IMG/VR virus record: IMGVR_UViG_3300049489_000321
Span: 1 to 64,000 of that record
Reading direction: 5' to 3' (one strand)
Origin: a virus
Length of the DNA: 64,000 nt
The notes below the pieces were generated by a model. The model ran no database searches and was not told the DNA's origin. It saw nothing but the letters and a program-made list of their open reading frames with translations. How positions within the stretch are numbered: the first letter of the stretch is position 1; the number at the start of each line of letters is the position of its first letter. The position numbers and the translations under genes are program-made. Shown one piece after another: positions 10,080 to 17,929 of this stretch.

Positions 10080-10235
10080 ATGTCAAAGGTTCCTAGCAGC
10101 AAGATCCTCACCGCTAACGCGCGCCTGCATAAGCTTGAACTCAGGCTCGCGATTCTCACTAAGGAATGCCGCGAGATCCCTCCTACGCTCGCGCACGAAA
10201 TCCGCGTTGCGCGGCTGATGATGGTCGCTAAGTAA
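10080..10235 (+). CDS. Hypothetical protein
   Basis: Promoter motif + GGAAGGCAAA leader. Confidence 0.65.
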   Translation: MSKVPSSKILTANARLHKLELRLAILTKECREIPPTLAHEIRVARLMMVAK

Positions 10236-10379
10236 GCGGAACGATTAGACTATGCGTCGGGTGGCGCGGACCATCCTACAATGGACAGCGGTTATAACGC
10301 TTCCCCGACGCATAGTCCCTCACAAGTAATTCTGTGGGATCGTCCTAGGCGCAATCTCTCAAACGGAAGGCAAAGGCAA

Positions 10380-10568
10380 ATGACTACCAATCGCCGGATC
10401 TACATTCTTTGTCCTAACTGCAATCAGGATGCCATTCTTACCCCCGACGGGGCAATCGCTTGGCATGAAGGTACAAAAACTGCAATGTTGCCGGCGCCGC
10501 CTGCTAGCCGTTGCGCGGTTTCCGGCATGACTGAGAAAGCGGCGGATCGGCTGGTTTGGGGCAAGTAA
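10380..10568 (+). CDS. Hypothetical protein (CPNC)
   Basis: Promoter motif + leader. Confidence 0.65.
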   Translation: MTTNRRIYILCPNCNQDAILTPDGAIAWHEGTKTAMLPAPPASRCAVSGMTEKAADRLVWGK

Positions 10569-10881
10569 GCGGAATCACTAACCCTCCCCCGATTTGGGGG
10601 AGGGACGGGACTAGGGGTTTCAACGGGTTAGATCCCACGGATCGGTGGGGGAATGACTGCAAACGCTGGATTGTGTGAGATCGGGCGCTAAGCTTTCCGA
10701 TGATTTGCAGGCGATTTGGCGATTGCTGGCGAGCTTTTCCGGGGCTAATGGGCCGATGGTAGGGTCAAAAGATCGTCGCTCTGAAGCGAGCTAATCGATT
10801 CATGCAAGAATCGTGCCAAGTAGAGAGTAATTCTGTGGGATCGTCTTAGGTGTCCCGACGCTGAAACGAAAGGCAATCACT

Positions 10882-11088
10882 ATGGATTTCGATGATTTCT
10901 GTCGCATGCTGCTTAACCGTCGGAAGCTTAACGGTATGTCGAATGCGGATATCGCTCGCGATCTCAAGCTTGGCAACGATCACGCTCGGCAAATGGTTGT
11001 AAACATTATCGATATTCTCGATCTTCCGGTGCCGACGAGCAACGGTGAATCCATCCCGCCTGTATCCGGTGAAATCGATTGGCGTTAG
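10882..11088 (+). CDS. Small HTH-like hypothetical protein
   Basis: GMSNADIARDLKL. Confidence 0.6.
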   Translation: MDFDDFCRMLLNRRKLNGMSNADIARDLKLGNDHARQMVVNIIDILDLPVPTSNGESIPPVSGEIDWR

Positions 11089-11151
11089 GCGAGTAATTCT
11101 GTGAGATCGTCTTAGGCGCAACCTGCAACCTGCAACGGAAGGCAAAGACAA

Positions 11152-11412
11152 ATGGACAATATCATTCTCGCGCTCGCCACCGAGTATCGTCGCCAGTGTA
11201 AGATCGCTCACGGTTGGCGCGATTACAACGGTCGTTTGACCGGGATGGGGATGGACGCGGTGCGCAAGGCGGATAAGTGCCTGGATATGCTGCGCGCTTA
11301 CGGTTATCGTTTCGACTCGGAAGATAGCCTGTTTTTCGATCATAACCTCGCGGAATCGCTTGATATTCCAACGGTCCTGTGGCCGGAAGCGGCCGACGAT
11401 CAGGACGATTAA
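11152..11412 (+). CDS. Hypothetical protein
   Basis: Promoter motif + leader. Confidence 0.75.
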   Translation: MDNIILALATEYRRQCKIAHGWRDYNGRLTGMGMDAVRKADKCLDMLRAYGYRFDSEDSLFFDHNLAESLDIPTVLWPEAADDQDD

Positions 11413-11934
11413 CTAGCTGAAATCACTAACCCTCCCCCGATTTGGGGGAGGGTAACAAGCAAAGGGCATGCCAATGCGAGTCAACGCACTCGGCCAGTGT
11501 CACCCGGAATGCAGGTTCTGTGCCGTCGAATTTTGGGCCTGGTATAAGGCTAGGATGACACAAATGGCGCGACCTATGCCGGGTGCGCGTGAATCGTTCG
11601 CCGATGCGGCTGCTAGATCGGTGCGTCCTAAGCGATAGGCTGCGATTTGCGAGCGTTTCAGACAACGGACAGGGAAAGACTAGGGTACGGGTCCAGTGAC
11701 CTTCTACGCGAGGTAGGACGGTCCGATAATTCTGTGTAAACGTCCTAGGCGCAACCTGCAACGCTCCAACGGAAAGCGATAAAACAATGATCAAGGTACG
11801 CATTAATAGGATTGGCAATCTCTACGTTCTAGTTAACGCGGAAAATGGCTTTCCAGTGTCTACTCCTACGGATAATCTGCCCGCTGCAAAGGCTGCGCTT
11901 AGCAGGCTGATTTCGCAGGGAAAGGCTAAGTAAA

Positions 11935-12156
11935 ATGATTACTATTGAACGCAAAGGTAGAAGTGTGAGTGGCGGGCGCCTTTGGCACGTTTTTTGCGAC
12001 GGTGATCTCGTGGGGCACGTGGTTGAGCTTTCCGTATCTGAACCAATGTTTGGATCTGGCGCACCACTGTATGCGGTCCACGCGGATCGTGCAAACCCGG
12101 GCAGTTATGAGCTTGTGTCGGATTGGAGCGAAGTCCCATCCTATTTTAATCAGTAG
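11935..12156 (+). CDS. Hypothetical protein
   Basis: Coupled to small ORF 11787-11933. Confidence 0.65.
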   Translation: MITIERKGRSVSGGRLWHVFCDGDLVGHVVELSVSEPMFGSGAPLYAVHADRANPGSYELVSDWSEVPSYFNQ

Positions 12157-12471
12157 GTTAGCGGATCGTGCAAAGGCTAGAGCGTAGGCAAACCGTGGAA
12201 AACGCGATTTGCCTACACTAGTAATGTCGGGCGCTTACGCTTCAAACTCGCTACGCTCGCGCATTTTTCCCTAGGGATCGGGGAAAGGGTAGGGGCAAAC
12301 AAAAGGTGCTTAAATCGAAGCCTATCGCATCATGCAAGAAACATGCCAAGTAATGTCGAGTAGCTATTAGCTAGACTGTAGTGTTATAAGTAGGTATTAG
12401 GTGATGCAATCTGTATGCCAATGATTAGCCGATCTGCGGGCAGGCCCGCCGTTCGTCTCCTGCTGGAGTGA

Positions 12472-12493
12472 TTAGGACACTCTCACAAAGTTA
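12472..12493 (-). promoter_or_regulatory. Reverse-oriented copy of putative phage promoter motif
   Basis: Reverse complement TAACTTTGTGAGAGTGTCCTAA. Confidence 0.7.
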
Positions 12494-12567
12494 TTGGCAC
12501 GGATCGTGCTAAGGCACGTTTATTGCTAGGACACCCAATCGGATAACTTTGTATAAACGTCCTAGGC

Positions 12568-12702
12568 ATGACTCACTCAATCATCTGGAATCGTAACGGT
12601 TGGCAGGTCCTCACCACTTGCGGTGATCTTGAGGTTTCCGCTGCAATCTTCGATACTTACGGTGAGTGTCTTTCCTATTACGTTGAAATGATGGGAGCGT
12701 AA
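12568..12702 (+). CDS. Small leaderless hypothetical protein
   Basis: ATG 24 nt after motif start. Confidence 0.6.
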   Translation: MTHSIIWNRNGWQVLTTCGDLEVSAAIFDTYGECLSYYVEMMGA

Positions 12703-12703
12703 C

Positions 12704-12946
12704 ATGACGCATCATGCTAAGGTCGCGAGACTATTGAAGCTTCACCGAATGATTCGCGCTCGCGCGCATATCTGGCACGATAATTGCGAGAAGTACGCAG
12801 ATCCGCGCATGCCTCGAATGGATCGTTGGATGGAAGAATACGACAGCATGCGTCTTTGTAACGGAACCTACAGTGACGCTTGGCTCGAATATTGCGGGAT
12901 CACTAACGGTGCCGTGACGCATCATGCGGGCGATTTGCTTTCATAA
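12704..12946 (+). CDS. Hypothetical protein
   Basis: GGGAG RBS, coupled. Confidence 0.7.
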   Translation: MTHHAKVARLLKLHRMIRARAHIWHDNCEKYADPRMPRMDRWMEEYDSMRLCNGTYSDAWLEYCGITNGAVTHHAGDLLS

Positions 12947-12989
12947 ACTGTGCCGAGTAGCGGAATAATTCTGTATGGGAGTCTTTGAC

Positions 12990-13190
12990 ATGCACCACGC
13001 GAAACCCGAGGATTTCACTAGGTGGGCTGAAAAGGCCGCTTCTATGTCACTGGAATCATTGAATTGGTCTATCAATGATTGTTGGCAGGCTAGCCTTTGC
13101 GCTCGCGAAATTGGCAACGCAATTGCAGAGGGTAGATATCTAGACGAAATGTATGCATACGCTAGCGAGCGCAAGAATCGTGCCAAGTAG
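12990..13190 (+). CDS. Leaderless hypothetical protein
   Basis: ATG 24 nt after motif start; GRYLDEMYAYASE. Confidence 0.7.
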   Translation: MHHAKPEDFTRWAEKAASMSLESLNWSINDCWQASLCAREIGNAIAEGRYLDEMYAYASERKNRAK

Positions 13191-13248
13191 AGAGTAATTG
13201 TGTAGGCTAGTCTTAGTCACAAGCAACGCAAACCCCGGAGCTAAGACA

Positions 13249-13431
13249 ATGACGCTTTTCGAAGAGTTTGAGGATCGTTACGGTGATGAGCGTATCTCTG
13301 CGAAGGAAGCGATTAGGCTCTGTAAGTTTCATGGCACGGATATTGCCGAGTATCACAAGTATTCGGGATACACTGCTAAGTTGTCGGAATCATACGATTG
13401 GCAGGCAATCCTGATCTGGCTCGGTTACTAG
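13249..13431 (+). CDS. Hypothetical protein
   Basis: GGAG RBS; C-terminal ILIWLGY. Confidence 0.7.
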   Translation: MTLFEEFEDRYGDERISAKEAIRLCKFHGTDIAEYHKYSGYTAKLSESYDWQAILIWLGY

Positions 13432-13469
13432 CAACAAACGTACCAACTCAGAAAACAAGGAAAGTCACA

Positions 13470-13691
13470 ATGACTGTCGCTATTTACACGTTTGTTTGTA
13501 CGCTTGAAGATGGAATCCGTAAGGATCGTTTGAGTAACTTCGAAATGGCACTCTGTGCAAAGCACGTGCCAAAGAATGCTAAGCTTGCACGTCGCGCGCC
13601 AGATTGTCACTGTGAGCTTTGTACCTACAATGAAGATCGAGAGTGTAACAAGGGATTTGGCACGAATGATGAATATCACGGTGGTTGGTAA
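13470..13691 (+). CDS. Cys-containing hypothetical protein
   Basis: AAGGA RBS; stop is TAA of promoter motif. Confidence 0.65.
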   Translation: MTVAIYTFVCTLEDGIRKDRLSNFEMALCAKHVPKNAKLARRAPDCHCELCTYNEDRECNKGFGTNDEYHGGW

Positions 13692-13799
13692 TTTTGTAGG
13701 GAAGTCCTAGTCGCAACCTCTGAATCCCGACGAGTCGTCTAAGTAGGCTAAATCATTAACCCTCCCCCAAATCGGGGGAGGGTAGAAAGGCAAGCGTAA

Positions 13800-14018
13800 G
13801 TGCTCAAATTCACTAATGAAGAATGTAACAAGCTGGAAACACTCAAGCTTCTAGTTGACGCAGAGTGGCAAAATTTCGGAGGTTATCTTAGATACACGGA
13901 TGCTATGAATATTGTTGGGCTTTCTACGCTGAAGAAAGCTATCAAGCTGAATTTAATCGTCCATTTCAAGGGATCGGATTGGATCGATACTTGCTACACT
14001 AACAGACTGTACAAGTAG
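13800..14018 (+). CDS. Hypothetical protein
   Basis: GAAAGGCAA leader. Confidence 0.65.
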   Translation: MLKFTNEECNKLETLKLLVDAEWQNFGGYLRYTDAMNIVGLSTLKKAIKLNLIVHFKGSDWIDTCYTNRLYK

Positions 14019-14379
14019 TTGTAATTACATAAACGCTCTAGAATGACCTAGGAGCGACGATTTAGCAGGGTAGGCTAGTCTGCTAGGGTAGAGAGAAACC
14101 CGCTCCTACGTGAGCCTATAGCGTTATACGAGAGATCTAGTCAATCTTCCTGGTAGCAAAGGACTAAACCACTGTGATCAATGATTACAATACGTTGGAA
14201 GCCGTTAGGCATTTGCTCGTACTTGGCCCGATTGTTGCTTTGTCTGTCATACTCTTGACCGGAATCCTGTATCTGGCGATTCGCCAGTAAATACAATTAC
14301 TTAAGCTAAGTAGTTGAAAACACTTAGAGTAATTGTGTAGGCTAGTCCTAGGCGTACCCCCAACGAAAGGCAAACGCAA

Positions 14380-14643
14380 ATGACTAAGATCCTTAAGAAT
14401 GCCGGTGTACAGCTTATGGGCCGGTCGATTCGCGTGTTTGACCGCCAAACTAACAAGGATATCGCTGACTTCGACATGCCCGATGTCGATGATGAGACCC
14501 CCGATTGGATTTGTGATGCAAAATTCGATAGTTGGCTGATCAACGTGCAAAGGACTGTTAATTCAAAGGGTTACGACGTTACGACGGTGTACGCTGTTAA
14601 CTCGGATCGTCCTAACTCGCGTAAGATCATCGCAATCGGCTAA
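14380..14643 (+). CDS. Hypothetical protein
   Basis: Promoter motif + leader. Confidence 0.75.
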   Translation: MTKILKNAGVQLMGRSIRVFDRQTNKDIADFDMPDVDDETPDWICDAKFDSWLINVQRTVNSKGYDVTTVYAVNSDRPNSRKIIAIG

Positions 14644-14717
14644 CTAGTTGAAATGCCATGGTAGTAATTCTGTAGGGAAGTCTTAGGCGCAACCTCTCAC
14701 AAACGGAGAAAACGAAA

Positions 14718-14963
14718 ATGACCGCTAAGACCCGATATGTTGGCATGAAGGCCGCAATGCACCGCCACCGCGACGCTTGCGAGTGGTCGGAAGGTAGCAG
14801 CGAACGTATTAGCCGAGCTAATGACACGCTTCGAGCCGACATTGCTAAGTATGGGGAATTGTACTACAACGCGCTCTGTACCAGTCAAGGTGCTGATATC
14901 CTTGCCAATCGTCGCCCGGGCGACGCAATCGCTCGTGCCCGTAGCGCATCGATTCCCTTCTAA
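14718..14963 (+). CDS. Hypothetical protein, last gene of early block
   Basis: Promoter motif + GGAG RBS. Confidence 0.7.
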   Translation: MTAKTRYVGMKAAMHRHRDACEWSEGSSERISRANDTLRADIAKYGELYYNALCTSQGADILANRRPGDAIARARSASIPF

Positions 14964-15202
14964 GTACCTGATTTCCCATGGTGACGCTCCCTAGGCAACT
15001 AGGGAGCAACACCTGTTTTCAGGCACTTAGAAGTCTTTGCAGCCTGGTAGCAGGGGTCAAAAACGTCAAGATCCGCCCGATCCTACCGTAGCAATTACAC
15101 CATGGTAGGACCCTAATAGGCTACGCTCAAGCGATTTCCGCCCCGAGTAGCGTCCTAGCTAGGGTCAAAAGATCGTCGCTCTGAGAGCATCCTACGCATT
15201 CA

Positions 15203-15988
15203 AGCAATCCCTATGCCAATCCTCGATCTCTAGCACGTCTTATGCCAACCATGGTAGTACACTATCCTACACCCTACTACCTATTAGGTGGCACGACTCT
15301 TGCTAAGGCACGCTTATTGCTAGGACTACTGTGTTGGCATACTTGTTGCGAGCATCGAATCTGGTACGAATACTGCATATAGCACTACCATGGTACGGAT
15401 CTTGCATCAATACAGGCACTTGCAACAATCGTGCCAAACATACATGTATGCAAAAGACGTACCATGGTGACTGTTTGCAAGAATCATACCAACTATAGGA
15501 CGTGCAATAAGCATACCAGTCACAGCTATTGCAACATTTATGCCAATTATCAACGTATTGCAAGAATCGAGCCAAAAAAGACACACAGCAGTACGTGCAA
15601 ATTCTATGCCAACCCTACCATGGTGCAACATCTGTGCCAAAACAGGGGGTATGCAATAACAGGGCCACTACCATGGTAGGACACTATACTACACAGTAGG
15701 CACAACTCTTGCTAGTACGTACTAGTTGGCACGTATAGTGCTATAGGCATACATATTGCACACAATAACAGCATTTTGGCACGCTTATTGCTAAGGCACG
15801 AATGTTGCAACAAAGCTAATTTGGCACAGTACGTGCATACACTGGGTGGCACACCCCCTGCATACCCTACCATGCTGGCATCTCACTTGCATACGACCGA
15901 CATTCACCTACCCCACCCTAGTTCGCGTGGCACGTTTCTTGCATATCCACCCGTATCCCGTCTCAACCGAAGTGGCACGATACTTGCA
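15203..15988. repeat. Non-coding array of 26 sigma54 -24/-12 consensus sites (WGGYN-N7-TGC, GG-N10-GC)
   Basis: 16-mers at (-)15203,15232; (+)15289,15306,15335,15362,15391; (-)15421,15449,15476,15503,15530,15559,15596,15624,15652; (+)15698,15727,15745,15777,15794,15822,15847,15876,15928,15973. Confidence 0.9.
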
Positions 15989-16216
15989 CCATGAGCTATC
16001 TATCTGAAATTACAAGCACTGTGTGATTTCAACGAGTTGCTTTCCCGAGGAGTCCCACTTGTATAGTTTATAAATTTGTGAAACTTATTTTTTGATATTA
16101 TAAAGATTTCAAATACTTAGATGAATGAGGTAGTTTAGTGCTGTGTCTATAGCACTACTTCAGAACAGTAGTAGATTGGTTTTCGTATTTAGTTATTATA
16201 AAAAAATACGAAATAC

Positions 16217-16453
16217 TTAACGTAGGTGCTTGGCAGATTCTAGTATAAGTACAAAAGCATGTTCGTCTGCTACGTCCTTACACTCCCGTTGAGTCTGTCC
16301 ACTACCTATTCGCTTGTTCTCGTAGCTAACTATATACGACTCTGGTCTGGTTAAACCACCGTAAATAGGGGATATTACATACTTACCGCAATGAGAGTAT
16401 ACGTAGTGTTCCTTAGCACGCTGCCACTCTATAATGCTCTGATAGCAGTTCAT
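16217..16453 (-). CDS. Hypothetical protein
   Basis: Last ORF of the long minus-strand block. Confidence 0.7.
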   Translation of the reverse strand: MNCYQSIIEWQRAKEHYVYSHCGKYVISPIYGGLTRPESYIVSYENKRIGSGQTQRECKDVADEHAFVLILESAKHLR

Positions 16454-16454
16454 G

Positions 16455-16661
16455 TTAGTAGAATTTCATCCACGTGAAGTAGATGGGAATGTCTGGGTAT
16501 AGTAGCGCCATGGAAGCACGTATTAGGTTAGCATCTTCTTTGTTGTAGCACTCAAACTGGATGCCGTCTCTAGCCTTGGGGTTTGTACGGTACTCATGTG
16601 CAGCTTTAGCGCATAGCTTAAGGTTACTTCTTGTAACTAGTTGATGTTCGTAGTCATTCAT
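16455..16661 (-). CDS. Hypothetical protein
   Basis: Coupled to Thg1 gene. Confidence 0.7.
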   Translation of the reverse strand: MNDYEHQLVTRSNLKLCAKAAHEYRTNPKARDGIQFECYNKEDANLIRASMALLYPDIPIYFTWMKFY

Positions 16662-17416
16662 CTCTTTCCCTCCACTGTAGGCTCCATTAGATAGACTAGG
16701 GTGTTAATGTAGTTGCGGTCTTGTGTAAGGATAGGCATGTCTAGGTCTTCTCGCCACTCAGACCGTTCAGCACTACCGTTGTAGTACTTATACTTAACAA
16801 TCGCTATACCGCGCTTCTGCGCCGTAGGGCAGTCGTTCCAGTTAACGTTCTCCCTGGCTAAGAGCATGTTCTGCATCATGTTGCTGTTAACCTTGTGTAA
16901 TTGCTTGTGACTAAAGTACTTCTGCGCTAACATTGCGATGCTGTTCCTAGTTGCATCTTGTTGTCTCCAGATGAAGTAGTTACAGACTTCCGACTGTGGG
17001 ACGTTCCAAACCCTACAGTCGAAGCTAGGGAGGCTTTTGGGGTAGCCGAACCTCTTTACGTACTCTTCGTAGAACTTCACGCTGGCCATGCTGGCGGCGA
17101 TAGAGCACGTCTTTTGTACTTCGTTGTCAAACCAGCCTTGGGTCTGTAGGTTCTGGTAGTCCACCAATAGCAACGATATCTCGTCGCTTTGAGTGTAAGC
17201 AATCTTACAACCGGAGACTTCCTTACACAGATACTTGGCAGTCTCCACCATGCAGTGAACCATACGCTCATCTAAAGGTCTTTCCATGCCTCTAGTAAAC
17301 GTGTGGAAAGCCCTACCGTCTAGCCTCATTAGCACGGGCATTTTGGATACTAATTTTGTCCGGGGAGTGTTTTCGTACGATTTCATACGATCCCCTAAGC
17401 TATCTTTATTACTCAT
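16658..17416 (-). CDS. thg1: tRNA(His) guanylyltransferase Thg1-like protein
   Basis: LGDRMKSYE, RLDGRAFHTFT, YTQSDEISL, FDCR, NYFIWRQQDATRNSI. Confidence 0.95.
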   Translation of the reverse strand: MSNKDSLGDRMKSYENTPRTKLVSKMPVLMRLDGRAFHTFTRGMERPLDERMVHCMVETAKYLCKEVSGCKIAYTQSDEISLLLVDYQNLQTQGWFDNEVQKTCSIAASMASVKFYEEYVKRFGYPKSLPSFDCRVWNVPQSEVCNYFIWRQQDATRNSIAMLAQKYFSHKQLHKVNSNMMQNMLLARENVNWNDCPTAQKRGIAIVKYKYYNGSAERSEWREDLDMPILTQDRNYINTLVYLMEPTVEGKR

Positions 17417-17929
17417 AAATAATCTTTGGAACGCTTTAACTTTACTGGGTAGAATTCACTTCTACAGTCGTCGTAATCTTCGCGTAACTCTTCTACTAGG
17501 TCAAGGATAATCTCATTCCACTGTTTCCTACGTCGATTGTGCTCTGCCTCTATCCAAGCCCTAGCACTCTTTTCGTTGGTAAAGTAGCCGGCTTCTCGTA
17601 CTACTCCATAGTCATACGCTATTGCAATTACCCAGATACTCATAATTACTCTATAACACTACCAAGTTGAATGCCTAAGCACACATACCCATCAACTACG
17701 CTTAGGACAATAGGACTGTCTTCTACGAACTCATGGCCAGTGAAGAACAGAATATCATTCAGGTTTGGGTAGACAAAAGGGTTGTTAAACACGAACTGGA
17801 AGTAGTTCGGCGTCAGCCAGTGGATCGTACCCTTCTCTAGCGTACTCACTGGAGTTAGCTTTTCTGGGTACATTCGCTGGGTTGTTTGCTTTAGCTTTAA
17901 CCAGTCTTGGTATTCGTATTGTTTAGTAG

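Larger units (their letters stand above)
10582..13782. repeat. Palindrome CCCTCCCCC-N5-GGGGGAGGG, 3 copies (10582, 11430, 13760)
   Basis: Exact stems; each preceded by AATCAYTAA. Confidence 0.85.
949..14686 (+). promoter_or_regulatory. Dispersed repeated motif RTAAYTYTGT-N6-NTCYTAG (putative phage early promoter), 24 + strand copies
   Basis: TAA of motif at 949,1536,2184,3282,3944,4125,5303,5651,6490,6721,7563,8171,8803,10023,10327,10828,11094,11727,12544,12966,13195,13689,14330,14665; intergenic and upstream of ORFs or structured elements. Confidence 0.85.

Noticed and set aside
949-14686. Integron attC or Xer dif interpretation of the repeated motif
   Set aside because: No inverted-repeat structure or GTTRRRY core, no dif match, no integrase seen; leaderless ATG spacing favours a promoter
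600-14888. Minus-strand ORFs in the early region
   Set aside because: Shadows of + strand genes that have promoters and leaders
15203-15988. CRISPR array interpretation
   Set aside because: Repeats are bipartite 16-mers with variable interiors, irregular and often very short gaps, and mixed orientation; no cas genes in the window
15303-15994. Four short ORFs (15303-15584, 15407-15640, 15431-15679, 15776-15994)
   Set aside because: Overlapping, no RBS, and their sequences merely reflect the repeated TGGCAC/TTGC motif
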